This document shows positions 41,395 through 52,561 of a DNA stretch of 64,000 nucleotides, piece after piece. Origin of the DNA: Alteromonadaceae bacterium. Its GTDB lineage: Bacteria; Pseudomonadota; Gammaproteobacteria; Enterobacterales; Alteromonadaceae. Numbering within the stretch: the stretch's first letter is position 1; every line of letters starts with the position of its first letter. The notes below the pieces were generated by a model, which worked only from the letters and a program-made list of their open reading frames with translations, was not told the DNA's origin and did not search any database. A program made the position numbers and the translations under genes. The stretch lies in NCBI GenBank assembly GCA_023301705.1, contig JALZUE010000023.1, forward strand, positions 3,454 to 67,453. Reading direction: 5' to 3'.

Positions 41395-41425
41395 TATCTC
41401 TATTGAATTGGGGTTTAGATTTTTA

Positions 41426-42943
41426 CTAGAGTAGACTTTTACGTTGGTTTGAAGGTGGTATTGATAACGATTCACGATATTTAGCGATAGTACGCCTAGC
41501 TACATTAATACCTTGTTCGGCTAATAATTCAGCCATTTTACTATCACTTAGTGGTTTTGCAGCTGTTTCTGCAGCTACTAGTTTTTTGATAAGCGCTCGT
41601 ATTGCTGTTGATGAGCATTCACCACCATTTTCTGTACTCACATGACTTGAGAAAAAGTATTTTAATTCAAAAATTCCACGTGGAGTGTGCATGTATTTTT
41701 GTGTTGTTACACGTGAAATGGTTGATTCATGCATTTCGACAGCTTCAGCAATATCATTTAATACCATAGGTCGCATTGATTCAGGGCCATGCTCAAAAAA
41801 ACCTTGTTGGCGCTGAACAATACAATTAGACACTTTTAGTAAGGTATCATTGCGGCTTTCTAAGCTTTTAATAAACCACTTAGCTTCTTGTAGGTTAGAG
41901 CGGATAAACTGATTATCATCGGATGAAGCCATTGTTTTTGACATAGCTGCATACTGTTGATTGATTGATAACTTTGGCGTTGAATCAGGGTTGAGCTCTA
42001 CTACCCATCGTCCGTTCTTTTTCTCGACAGATACATCTGGAATGACATACTGCTCTTCACTTTTGATTACGGTATCGCCAGGCCTTGGATCAAGCGATTG
42101 AATAAGTTGCATCACCTCTTTCAGTTGAGGCTCTTTTAATCGTGTTTTTCTCATTAATTGACGGTAATCTCGGTTACCAAGTAGGTCAATGTGTTTAGTG
42201 ACGATTTTTATGGTGTCGGCAAGGTACGGTGTTGCCGGATCAAATTGATTCAGTTGAATCACTAAACATTCAGAGATAGACCGAGCGGCAACTCCTATAG
42301 GATCAAACATGTTGATACGTTTTAATACCGCTTCCACTTCATCAAGTTCAACGTCATTATTGCCTAAACTTTCTAAAATATCTTCGGTTGAGACGGTTAA
42401 ATAACCCGCGTCGTCAACACCATCAATAATGGCTGTTGCGATGGTTTTATCAGTATCTGAAAATGGCGTTAATTCCATTTGCCATCTTAAATGATCTTGT
42501 ATTGAATCAGTTGTTTCACCTTGATAGGTGTATTCTTCAGATAAAGCGCCGCTACTACTGCCAGAGCTACTATTTGATAAACCAGCACTGTAATTGTCAT
42601 CCCAGGTGGTATCCATGCTTAATTCTTCTGGAATGTCGTCTTTTTGTAATGCATCAGCAGTATTCACCTCTTCAGCTGAAGGCATTTGTTCTTCACTGCC
42701 ATCAGAAGGCGTGGTAGATGTTTCACTAACCGATGCTGAAAATGCTTCTTCTAAGTTGTCAGGCTTACTTTCTGTACTAGTAGATTCATTCTCAGTCACA
42801 TCTAACAAAGGATTACTGTCAAGAGCTTCTTGAATTTCTTGCTGTAAATCTAATGTCGACAGTTGCAACAGGCGAATCGCTTGTTGTAACTGTGGAGTCA
42901 TTGTTAGCTGTTGTCCAATTCTTAGCTGAAGTGATGGGCGCAT
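41426..42943 (-). CDS. rpoN: RNA polymerase sigma-54 factor
   Basis: 505 aa, starting [37 protein letters not shown]. It has an acidic region II and the RpoN box ARRTIAKYR. Confidence 0.98.
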   Translation of the reverse strand: MRPSLQLRIGQQLTMTPQLQQAIRLLQLSTLDLQQEIQEALDSNPLLDVTENESTSTESKPDNLEEAFSASVSETSTTPSDGSEEQMPSAEEVNTADALQKDDIPEELSMDTTWDDNYSAGLSNSSSGSSSGALSEEYTYQGETTDSIQDHLRWQMELTPFSDTDKTIATAIIDGVDDAGYLTVSTEDILESLGNNDVELDEVEAVLKRINMFDPIGVAARSISECLVIQLNQFDPATPYLADTIKIVTKHIDLLGNRDYRQLMRKTRLKEPQLKEVMQLIQSLDPRPGDTVIKSEEQYVIPDVSVEKKNGRWVVELNPDSTPKLSINQQYAAMSKTMASSDDNQFIRSNLQEAKWFIKSLESRNDTLLKVSNCIVQRQQGFFEHGPESMRPMVLNDIAEAVEMHESTISRVTTQKYMHTPRGIFELKYFFSSHVSTENGGECSSTAIRALIKKLVAAETAAKPLSDSKMAELLAEQGINVARRTIAKYRESLSIPPSNQRKSLL

Positions 42944-43046
42944 TTAACTTCTTTATATCCTATTTGTCTGTTTTATGTGTTGTCAGAGTTAATGATTTAA
43001 TTGAAAACACATATAAAATATAACAATTCTTTGTTTTGTAAATTAA

Positions 43047-43766
43047 CTATAGCGTAAATTGTTCACCTAGGTATACATCTCTTACTTTTTGGTTAGCAAG
43101 TATCTCACTTGATGTACCCTGAGCGATTAATTCACCGTGACTTACAATATATGCTAATTCACATACGTCCAGTGTTTCACGTACATTGTGGTCTGTAATT
43201 AATACACCAATACCACGTTGTTTCAAATGGTTAATAATTTTTTTAATATCACCAACAGATATTGGATCAACACCAGCAAAAGGTTCATCAAGTAAAATAT
43301 ATTGAGGTTCGGCGGCAAGTGCTCGTGCTATTTCAACGCGTCTACGTTCGCCACCTGACAAGCTCATACCTAGGTTGTCACGTATATGGTTAATGTTGAA
43401 TTCTTCAATTAAGCTTTCAGCTTTTTCTTCTCGTGATGAAGCATTTAAGTCTTTTCTTGTTTCTAAAATCGCCATGATATTCTGATAAACAGATAGCTTT
43501 CTAAAAATAGAAGCTTCTTGCGGAAGGTAACCAATACCTTTACGTGCGCGCTCATGCATAGGCTCTTGCGTTACATCTTCGTCATTTAAAATAATAGAGC
43601 CACTATCATTAGGCACTAAGCCAACAATCATATAGAAAGAGGTTGTTTTACCCGCGCCATTAGGCCCTAATAAACCAACAATTTGACCTTGTTTTACCGA
43701 TAAACTGACATCTTTAACGACTTTTCTATTTTTATACGCTTTTGCTAAATTATTTGCGATCAGCAT
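43047..43766 (-). CDS. lptB: LPS export ABC transporter ATPase LptB
   Basis: The ORF track extends to 43796. The ATG at 43766, one nt after the lptA stop, gives [16 protein letters not shown], collinear with E. coli MATLTAKNLAKAYKGRRV. It has Walker [10 protein letters not shown] and signature LSGGERRR. Confidence 0.95.
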   Translation of the reverse strand: MLIANNLAKAYKNRKVVKDVSLSVKQGQIVGLLGPNGAGKTTSFYMIVGLVPNDSGSIILNDEDVTQEPMHERARKGIGYLPQEASIFRKLSVYQNIMAILETRKDLNASSREEKAESLIEEFNINHIRDNLGMSLSGGERRRVEIARALAAEPQYILLDEPFAGVDPISVGDIKKIINHLKQRGIGVLITDHNVRETLDVCELAYIVSHGELIAQGTSSEILANQKVRDVYLGEQFTL

Positions 43767-43767
43767 T

Positions 43768-44481
43768 TTATTCTTCACTTTGGTTGTCGTTGTCAACTTG
43801 AGGTTTTAATATCGTCGTAACTGCTTGCTCTTCATTACCACTTGCTTGCATTTGTTCGGTTAGCAAATTGTAGATGATTTTATTCGCCAATACTTCACTA
43901 CCTTCTTGGGTTAACTTTGCTTTTCCTTCAATGGTAATTAATTCAATACTTGGTTGATAAATAATACTATTTGCTTCCAAGCTAATTTGATCACCGTTTT
44001 CTAATGTTTGTTGCAGTATTGAAGGTGCACCTTGCGCATTAAATTGCTCAGTATCTAGTTGATAAATAATACTTTCAGCTATGACCTTATTGGTACTTTG
44101 CTCAATTAAGGCGTTACCTGTAACGGTCATTAGAAATAAATCAGGTTGATAGTTGATTTCATTAGCCGATAAATATACTACTGTGCCATCATCAAGCGTT
44201 TTCTTTAATTTTGCAGGTTGGCCTTTAAGTAAATAAGTTTTATGAGACTTTTTATCTGCACTTACTTGAGCAATATCCGCGTTTATTTTGATACTGCCTT
44301 GAATAATTTCAACATTATCAAAGTACACTGAGGTTTTAGTTTTTAAATCAGCACCTTGTCGGTCAGCTGAAATTAAAATATCTTGTTTGAAGTCATTTTC
44401 ATTAGCGAGAATACTATATGAAATAAAACTCGCAAATAGACATGAATTAATTACTATTTTTTTTATAAACTGTTTGTACAT
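43768..44481 (-). CDS. lptA: LPS transport periplasmic protein LptA, extended form with an internal module duplication
   Basis: 237 aa with a signal peptide. The OstA-like N-terminal half ([10 protein letters not shown]) is collinear with E. coli LptA, and the C-terminal module is present twice (see findings). Confidence 0.88.
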   Translation of the reverse strand: MYKQFIKKIVINSCLFASFISYSILANENDFKQDILISADRQGADLKTKTSVYFDNVEIIQGSIKINADIAQVSADKKSHKTYLLKGQPAKLKKTLDDGTVVYLSANEINYQPDLFLMTVTGNALIEQSTNKVIAESIIYQLDTEQFNAQGAPSILQQTLENGDQISLEANSIIYQPSIELITIEGKAKLTQEGSEVLANKIIYNLLTEQMQASGNEEQAVTTILKPQVDNDNQSEE

Positions 44482-45013
44482 GCTCGGTCATTGTCATTTG
44501 GGTTGTATTTAAATCTACGATTAATCCTGATCCATACATAGTAAAATCATTACCTTGTATTACGATAGTTTGATCGGAGCTGATAATATTTGTACTTAAA
44601 TCTAATTCAAAATATTTACCGTGAACTTCTTTTATTAGGCTGTTTTCATCTGTTGCTGTTACTAAAACACGATTGTTTAAACGTACATTATTTTGATGAT
44701 TTAAAATACCTTCTTTAGCATTAATGTACCATTGTGGGCTTTTATCTTCGGGATACAAGGTATATTTAGGTAATTCAAACTTTGTAATTGCAAGCTCACT
44801 AAAATGTTCCATTCTATCAGCCTCAATAACGTGCGACAGATTACCTTTTTCATTGTATATATAGCTAGTTAACTTCTCTGCCACAAAGTCAGGCGTTATT
44901 TCATTATTCACAGATGCTATATCTGTATCCTTTTCATTTTGCCATTCAATAATACCATAAATGAAAAATGAAAAAATAAAGGTAAAAATAGCGGTTATAT
45001 ACAGTCGTCTCAT
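44447..45013 (-). CDS. lptC: LPS export protein LptC
   Basis: 188 aa with an N-terminal TM anchor. It lies between kdsC and lptA. Confidence 0.88.
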   Translation of the reverse strand: MRRLYITAIFTFIFSFFIYGIIEWQNEKDTDIASVNNEITPDFVAEKLTSYIYNEKGNLSHVIEADRMEHFSELAITKFELPKYTLYPEDKSPQWYINAKEGILNHQNNVRLNNRVLVTATDENSLIKEVHGKYFELDLSTNIISSDQTIVIQGNDFTMYGSGLIVDLNTTQMTMTEHVQTVYKKNSN

Positions 45014-45555
45014 ATACTAGCGCCAGAGGCTTGTTCCAGTGTATTTTGAGATTGCATAATTAAATCACAGGTTTCACGTATAGCACCAAAGCCACCTGGT
45101 GTGAATGTTGTATAATTCGCAATTTTCTTTACCGCAGGGTGTGCATCAGCAACGGCGATACCTAAATTAATATACTCCATACAAACAGCGTCAGGCATAT
45201 CATCACCAATATAGGCTATTTCTTCAGGTTTTATGGCTAATAATGCCATTAATTCCTGTAATGCAGGCAGTTTATTTTCTTGTCCTTGAACAAGGTATTG
45301 TACATTTAATGCTTTCATTCTATTAGCAACAATGTTTGAGCGTCTACCTGTAATAATAGCAACTTCAACACCTGACTTTATAAGTGCTTTAATACCGTAA
45401 CCATCTTTTGTATGAAAGGCTTTTAATTCTTCACCGTCGTTGCCTAAATATATTCGACCATCAGAAAAAACACCATCGACATCACAAACTAATAATTTAA
45501 TTTTTTTAGCTTTTGCTAAAATGCTATCGTCTACTTCGCCATATAAAGTTTGCAT
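45010..45555 (-). CDS. kdsC: KDO 8-phosphate phosphatase KdsC
   Basis: The ORF track extends to 45573. The ATG at 45555 has AGGAG 9 nt upstream and avoids overlap with kdsD. It carries the HAD motif LLVCDVDGVFSDG. Confidence 0.93.
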   Translation of the reverse strand: MQTLYGEVDDSILAKAKKIKLLVCDVDGVFSDGRIYLGNDGEELKAFHTKDGYGIKALIKSGVEVAIITGRRSNIVANRMKALNVQYLVQGQENKLPALQELMALLAIKPEEIAYIGDDMPDAVCMEYINLGIAVADAHPAVKKIANYTTFTPGGFGAIRETCDLIMQSQNTLEQASGASI

Positions 45556-45556
45556 A

Positions 45557-46522
45557 TTATAATACTCCTGCATTGAGTAAATCGTGTACGTTCATTGCCC
45601 CAATAGGGTGGTTATTTTCATCAACAATAAATAAGCCGTTAATTTTATTATCTTGCATTATTTTCAATGCTTCAGCAGCTAATATGTTTGATGAAGCAAC
45701 AATAGGTGACTGTGTCATGACTGTTTCAATTGCATTATGATGAATATCAACTTTTTCATCTAATACTCGTCTTAAATCGCCGTCGGTAAATAATCCAATA
45801 AGTTGTTGCTCTTCATTTATTATAGCAGTCATTCCTAGACCTTTATTAGACATTTCAATTAATGCATCAGTAATAGGAACATGCTTATCAACAATGGGGA
45901 TACGTGACTTGGTATGCATTATGTCATGCAAACGTAAAATTAGCTTTTTACCTAAGCTACCACCGGGGTGAGATAGTGCAAAATCATCGGCTGTAAAGCC
46001 CTTTGCATTAAGCAGTGCAACGGCTAGTGCATCACCCATAACTAAGGTTGCTGTCGTACTTGTGGTTGGAGCTAAACCATGTGGGCAAGCTTCTTGTTCT
46101 ATTTTTATTGAAATATGGGCATCGGCTAATGCACTTAAATTAGAATTCGTATTACCTGTCATTGCAATCAGCTTAACACCAAGGCGTTTTATCACAGGAA
46201 TAATCGATAATACTTCATGTGTTTCACCTGAGTTAGAAATAGCAATAACAACATCATTTGTGGTTATCATACCAACATCACCATGACTTGCCTCACCCGG
46301 GTGAACAAAAAAAGCAGGGGTTCCTGTACTAGCTAAAGTGGCGGTTATTTTTCCACCAATATGACCTGATTTACCCATGCCTGTTACAATAACACGGCCT
46401 GTACAATTCATAATTAATTGACATGCTTGCTCAAAGCTTTCATCAATATGTTGATGTAATTGATGAATCGCAGCTTGCTCTATATCAATAACTTGATGTG
46501 CATGTTGTTTAAAATTATTCAA
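45557..46522 (-). CDS. kdsD: Arabinose-5-phosphate isomerase KdsD
   Basis: 321 aa. It has a SIS domain (VIVTGMGKSGHIG) and tandem CBS domains. Confidence 0.95.
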   Translation of the reverse strand: MNNFKQHAHQVIDIEQAAIHQLHQHIDESFEQACQLIMNCTGRVIVTGMGKSGHIGGKITATLASTGTPAFFVHPGEASHGDVGMITTNDVVIAISNSGETHEVLSIIPVIKRLGVKLIAMTGNTNSNLSALADAHISIKIEQEACPHGLAPTTSTTATLVMGDALAVALLNAKGFTADDFALSHPGGSLGKKLILRLHDIMHTKSRIPIVDKHVPITDALIEMSNKGLGMTAIINEEQQLIGLFTDGDLRRVLDEKVDIHHNAIETVMTQSPIVASSNILAAEALKIMQDNKINGLFIVDENNHPIGAMNVHDLLNAGVL

Positions 46523-46573
46523 TATTGTCTACTTATTTTTCGTTTAACAAAGTTATATTTCTATCAATATTTT

Positions 46574-47551
46574 TCAAGAGGTAAATAAAAGTGCTTGATA
46601 TGCAATAAAGCAAAGCAACAATAAAGCGCCTTTAAACCGAGTAATACGAAAAAAACCTTTTTTTCGGCTAAAACATAAAATAAATAAGAAAATGGTAACA
46701 GCCAACATATACATTGAATCTCTGTAAGCGGCTAACGGATCTAATTCACCTGGCTGTATTAAAGCGGCGATAGGAAGTACCGCTAGAATATTAAAAATAT
46801 TTGAACCGATAATATTACCCATGGCTAAATCATCTTCTTTTTTCCATATGCTGACTAAACTTGCAGCTAATTCAGGTAGGCTTGTACCTATGGCTATAAT
46901 GGTTAAGCCAATAACTAAATCGCTAATACCAAACGCTTTAGCAATAAAAGTCGCAGAATCAACTAAAAAGCTAGCACTTACAGGTAGTAAGATCATACCA
47001 ACAATCAACCAGATAACTGAACGTGATATATTAACTGGTTCAGGCACATCTTGCTCTGCTTCAATAACCATAGGATCATCGATACCTTGATTAGACTTTC
47101 TTTTTCTCAAAGTAATAATCAACAAACCAAAAATATATGTAAAGAATAATGCAATTAATAATAAGCCTTCAGCAAAACTAAAATATAAGTTATATAGAAC
47201 GATGCAGGCTAAAACAGTCACACCAAGAATTAAAGGTAGCTCTCGCTTTACAGTATTTGAAGAAACAGACAATGGCTGAAATAACGCAGTTATACCTAAT
47301 ACCAAAGCAATATTGGTGATATTTGAACCAATCGCATTGCCTATTGCAGTATCGGTATTACCTTGAAGTGATGCCGTAGCGGCAACCATCATTTCAGGTG
47401 CTGATGATCCCATCGCTACAATTGTTAAGCCAATAACCATCGGAGATACACCTAAATTTGATGCTAATGATGATGCACCAAAAACAAATTTATCTGCGCT
47501 CCATACCAAAACGGCTAAAGCAATAAATAAAATGATGATTTGTTCTAACAT
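46574..47551 (-). CDS. yrbG: Ca2+/Na+ antiporter family inner-membrane protein YrbG
   Basis: 325 aa with duplicated alpha-repeats (GSSAPEM and GTSLPEL). It lies next to kdsD, as in E. coli. Confidence 0.88.
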   Translation of the reverse strand: MLEQIIILFIALAVLVWSADKFVFGASSLASNLGVSPMVIGLTIVAMGSSAPEMMVAATASLQGNTDTAIGNAIGSNITNIALVLGITALFQPLSVSSNTVKRELPLILGVTVLACIVLYNLYFSFAEGLLLIALFFTYIFGLLIITLRKRKSNQGIDDPMVIEAEQDVPEPVNISRSVIWLIVGMILLPVSASFLVDSATFIAKAFGISDLVIGLTIIAIGTSLPELAASLVSIWKKEDDLAMGNIIGSNIFNILAVLPIAALIQPGELDPLAAYRDSMYMLAVTIFLFILCFSRKKGFFRITRFKGALLLLCFIAYQALLFTS

Positions 47552-47836
47552 TTTTTTTCCTCTTAATATAGAACATGAATTGTCGCTGGTTGTGTATTAA
47601 AAAAAAAGCACTATTACCAGAACAAAGATAAATATATTTAATTTGACTAAAAATAACGCAATTAATGTAATTTTTATTAGCGTTGTCGTGTCTTATTGAG
47701 CAACAGAGTTAAATTATAGTTATTTAAGTCTAACTTAGACACAAATAATTACGTATTTGTAATGCACGAAAAGTTACACTCAGGTAAAATTATCATGAAT
47801 TTATTATTAACTAATTATTAAGCCTTAAGTTTTTTT

Positions 47837-48634
47837 ATGTCAGATAATATCGTAGAAATAAAGAATATGACCTTTCAACGAGAAGAGCGAGTAATATATA
47901 ACAATATTAGTCTTTCTATTCCTCGCGGAAAAGTGACCGCCATTATGGGGCCAAGTGGTATTGGTAAAACAACATTACTGCGTTTAATTGGTGGACAATT
48001 AAAGCCACAATCAGGTGATATATTTTTTGGTGACCAAAATATTCCACAGTTATCTCGAAGTGCTTTATACGAGGCACGTAAAAATATGAGCATGCTTTTT
48101 CAAAGTGGTGCTTTGTTTACTGATATGAATGTTTATAATAATATCGCTTTTCCTATTCGTGAACATAGTAACTTACCTGAAAGTATTATAGAAAAAATGG
48201 TTTTGATGAAACTAGAAGCCGTTGGTTTACGTGGTGCTAGAACATTAAAACCTAGTGAGTTATCAGGCGGTATGGCAAGGAGAGCTGCTTTAGCCCGTGC
48301 GATAGCACTTGATCCAGAGCTTATTTTATATGATGAACCTTTTGCTGGCCAAGACCCTATTTCTATGGGGGTTATTGTTCGTTTAATTAAAGAATTGAAT
48401 GATGCTTTAGGGTTGAGTTCAGTTGTTGTTTCGCACGATGTACCCGAAGTGATGAGTATTGCCGATTATATTTATATCATTGCTGAACAAAAAATTATTG
48501 GTCATGGTACACCCGAACAAATTAGAGAGCAGACATCTCCACTCGTGCAGCAATTCGTTAAAGGTGAAGCTGATGGGCCTGTGCCTTTTCACTATAAAGC
48601 ACCTTCGTATCAAGATGAGTTAATTAAAGGGTAA
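47837..48634 (+). CDS. mlaF: Phospholipid ABC transporter ATPase MlaF
   Basis: 265 aa with Walker [10 protein letters not shown] and signature LSGGMARR. Confidence 0.93.
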   Translation: MSDNIVEIKNMTFQREERVIYNNISLSIPRGKVTAIMGPSGIGKTTLLRLIGGQLKPQSGDIFFGDQNIPQLSRSALYEARKNMSMLFQSGALFTDMNVYNNIAFPIREHSNLPESIIEKMVLMKLEAVGLRGARTLKPSELSGGMARRAALARAIALDPELILYDEPFAGQDPISMGVIVRLIKELNDALGLSSVVVSHDVPEVMSIADYIYIIAEQKIIGHGTPEQIREQTSPLVQQFVKGEADGPVPFHYKAPSYQDELIKG

Positions 48635-48642
48635 AGTTTTAC

Positions 48643-49416
48643 ATGAATGGATTATTGCATTTAGGACAGCGCACATTAGCGGTGATTTCTGGCCTTGGTC
48701 GTGCTGTTATGATGTTGTTATCAGCATTATTGCATGTACCTAATATTCGAAAAGGCACACCATTATTGATATCTCAGCTGTATTCAGTTGGTGTTTTATC
48801 GTTAGTGATTATTCTTGTGTCTGGTTTATTTATAGGTATGGTACTGGCTTTACAAGGCTATACCATTCTTGTTGGTTATGGTGCCGAAGCTAGTTTAGGG
48901 CCTATGGTTGCACTATCGTTATTAAGAGAATTAGGCCCAGTTGTTGCTGCATTACTATTTGCTGGTCGTGCGGGTTCGGCATTAACCGCTGAAATAGGCT
49001 TAATGAAAGCTACTGAACAACTTTCAAGTTTAGAAATGATGGCTGTAGACCCTCTCAGACGAGTAATTGCTCCTCGTTTTTGGGCTGGCTTTATTAGTTT
49101 ACCTCTTTTAGCCGCAATATTTTCTGCTGTTGGTATTTTAGGTGCTCACCTTGTGGGTGTTGACTGGTTAGGTGTTGATAGTGGAACATTCTGGTCAGTG
49201 ATGCAGTCACAAGTCGACTTTAGCAATGACATTATGAATGGTGTTATTAAAAGCTTAGTGTTTGCTTTTGTTGTTACTTGGATTGCAGTATATAAAGGGT
49301 ATAGTTGCGAGCCAACGTCAGAAGGTATTAGTCAGGCAACAACATCTACTGTTGTTCAGTCTTCTTTATTAGTATTAGGGTTAGATTTCATTTTAACCGC
49401 GCTAATGTTTACGTAG
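48643..49416 (+). CDS. mlaE: Phospholipid ABC transporter permease MlaE
   Basis: 257 aa polytopic protein. It contains [23 protein letters not shown]. Confidence 0.93.
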   Translation: MNGLLHLGQRTLAVISGLGRAVMMLLSALLHVPNIRKGTPLLISQLYSVGVLSLVIILVSGLFIGMVLALQGYTILVGYGAEASLGPMVALSLLRELGPVVAALLFAGRAGSALTAEIGLMKATEQLSSLEMMAVDPLRRVIAPRFWAGFISLPLLAAIFSAVGILGAHLVGVDWLGVDSGTFWSVMQSQVDFSNDIMNGVIKSLVFAFVVTWIAVYKGYSCEPTSEGISQATTSTVVQSSLLVLGLDFILTALMFT

Positions 49417-49447
49417 TGATTTTTGTATTATTTTTTAGGTGGTTGAC

Positions 49448-49918
49448 ATGATGTCGAAAAAAATTGAATTAGCGGTAGGTTTTTTTGTCGCTTTGAGTAT
49501 AGCAGCAGTTTTAATGTTAGCGTTAAGTGTTGCCAATAGCGGTATTTCAGGTAGTAATGATACTTATAAGCTTTATGCTAAATTTGATAATATTGGTGGT
49601 TTAAAAGTTCGCTCTCCAATTAAAGTGGGTGGTGTAATTATAGGAAGGGTTAGTGATATAGCGCTTGATGACGAAGATTATACGCCAATAATTACACTGT
49701 CTATTTACAACAAATATCAAAATATTTCTGAAGCAACATCAGTATCTATTTTAACCGCTGGTTTATTAGGTGAGCAATATATTGGTTTACAACCTGGCTT
49801 TATTGATGAGTCAATTGACATGTTAGCACCAGGTGATTTTATTGAAGATACTAAGTCTGCATTAGTCTTAGAAGAGTTAATTGGACAGTTCTTATTTAGT
49901 CAAGATAGTGGGGAATAA
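49448..49918 (+). CDS. mlaD: MCE-domain phospholipid-binding protein MlaD
   Basis: The ORF track starts at GTG 49439. The ATG at 49448 lies 6 nt after AGGTGG. It has a TM anchor and an MCE domain (VRSPIKVGGVIIGRV). Confidence 0.92.
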   Translation: MMSKKIELAVGFFVALSIAAVLMLALSVANSGISGSNDTYKLYAKFDNIGGLKVRSPIKVGGVIIGRVSDIALDDEDYTPIITLSIYNKYQNISEATSVSILTAGLLGEQYIGLQPGFIDESIDMLAPGDFIEDTKSALVLEELIGQFLFSQDSGE

Positions 49919-49920
49919 TA

Positions 49921-50577
49921 ATGAAACGTATATTAATAACTTGTATGGTCATGCTTTTTTCAACAGGGTTTATAGCAAACGCGGCTCATACGAATGAGCA
50001 AGGTTCAGAAGTAACTATTGATCAAACTGACCCGTATGAAATGATTAATGCAGTTGCTCATAAAACATTTATGCGTTTAGCAAAAGAACATGCGGCAATT
50101 AAAAAAGATCCGAATATTTTAAAAGATGTTGTGAGAGAGGAGCTTATTCCTTATGTTGACTATCGTTATGCGAGTTTAAAAGTTATAGGTAAGCACTTAC
50201 GTAAACAAAAACGTGCTGATGTTGACGATTTTGTAGCGGTTTTTAAAGAATATTTAATCACATCTTATGCGCAAATATTTACGTTATATGATCAGCAAAA
50301 AGTGACGTTTGAGCCATCTAAAGAACTAGGACAAGAACGCACCGTTGCAGTTGATGTTAAAGTAATGCAACCAGGTGGTGATGATTTGAAAATATCTTTT
50401 CAGGTCCGTAGAGGCAAAAATAAAACACAATGGAAAGCGTTTAATATGATCGCCGAAGGTATTAGTTTACTAGACAGTAAAAGAGCTGAACTTGCTAGTA
50501 TTATTAGTCAGAAAGGTTTGCCTTATGCGACTGAATTATTAAAAGATAAAAGTACACGTGATATTTATTTTAAGTAG
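49921..50577 (+). CDS. mlaC: Periplasmic phospholipid-binding protein MlaC
   Basis: 218 aa with a signal peptide. Toluene-tolerance Ttg2D-like. Assigned partly by position. Confidence 0.88.
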   Translation: MKRILITCMVMLFSTGFIANAAHTNEQGSEVTIDQTDPYEMINAVAHKTFMRLAKEHAAIKKDPNILKDVVREELIPYVDYRYASLKVIGKHLRKQKRADVDDFVAVFKEYLITSYAQIFTLYDQQKVTFEPSKELGQERTVAVDVKVMQPGGDDLKISFQVRRGKNKTQWKAFNMIAEGISLLDSKRAELASIISQKGLPYATELLKDKSTRDIYFK

Positions 50578-50583
50578 GCTGTT

Positions 50584-50880
50584 GTGAACATATTTAAGAT
50601 TGAAAAAAAGGCAGCTACTGTAACGATTGTTGGTGAATTAACCAGACATTCTATAGATAATAAAAATCAGAATTCTATTGAACCTTATCTTGTAGATAAT
50701 GATATAATTATTGACTTATCTTCAGTAAATAAAATTGATACTGCTGGATTAGCTTGGTTATTGCTTATTATTGAGCAAAGTCATGCTAAGCGTGTTAAGT
50801 TACATTTTATTCACTTAAGTGATGAACTCATTAAGTTAGCGAAGTTAAGTGGTGTAGATACCTTAATTGCTAACACTTAA
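50584..50880 (+). CDS. mlaB: STAS-domain protein MlaB
   Basis: 98 aa with a GTG start. STAS-like (VNKIDTAGLAWLL). It follows mlaC. Confidence 0.8.
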   Translation: MNIFKIEKKAATVTIVGELTRHSIDNKNQNSIEPYLVDNDIIIDLSSVNKIDTAGLAWLLLIIEQSHAKRVKLHFIHLSDELIKLAKLSGVDTLIANT

Positions 50881-50949
50881 TACAAGCGGTAATAATACCG
50901 CTTAAGTTCGTTAACTAATTATAATTATTTGATTAATAAGGAACTATTT

Positions 50950-51207
50950 GTGGATACTGCACAAATTGAAGCATTATTGAATGCTGAATTAACGCTTGAT
51001 GAATTACACGTTGCTTTCGATGGTTCTCAATGTAAAATCATTGCTGTAGCTGATTTTTTTAATGACTTAAGTCGAGTGAAAAAACAGCAAGTTATTTATA
51101 AACCATTACAAGCTTTTATTAATGACGGTACTATTCATGCCGTTACTATTAAAACGTTTTCTGCAGAACAGTGGAAACGTGACAAAATGTTTAACCTTCC
51201 TATATAA
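50950..51207 (+). CDS. ibaG: BolA-family protein IbaG (YrbA)
   Basis: The ORF track starts at TTG 50929. The GTG at 50950 lies 6 nt after AAGGAA and gives a length collinear with E. coli IbaG. It contains SRVKKQQVIYKPL and IHAVTIKTFS. Confidence 0.88.
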   Translation: MDTAQIEALLNAELTLDELHVAFDGSQCKIIAVADFFNDLSRVKKQQVIYKPLQAFINDGTIHAVTIKTFSAEQWKRDKMFNLPI

Positions 51208-51232
51208 CCTCAATAAAAATAATAATAAGTAG

Positions 51233-52504
<1,272 letters not shown>

Positions 52505-52530
52505 TATTGTGATCTTAAATATAGAAAATG

Positions 52531-52557
52531 AAAAAAGCGCTTGATAGCGCTTTTTTA
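52531..52557. terminator. Bidirectional terminator between murA and degS
   Basis: AAAAAAGCGC, loop TTGATA, GCGCTTTTTT. Confidence 0.75.
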
Positions 52558-52561
52558 TTAT

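Noticed and set aside
41263-41475. A 70-aa minus-strand ORF in the rpoN-ptsN spacer that could have been a diverged hpf or a small protein.
   Set aside because: It overlaps the last 50 nt of rpoN and spans the rpoN terminator. Its translation ([20 protein letters not shown]...) has no resemblance to Hpf/RaiA and reflects AT-rich composition.
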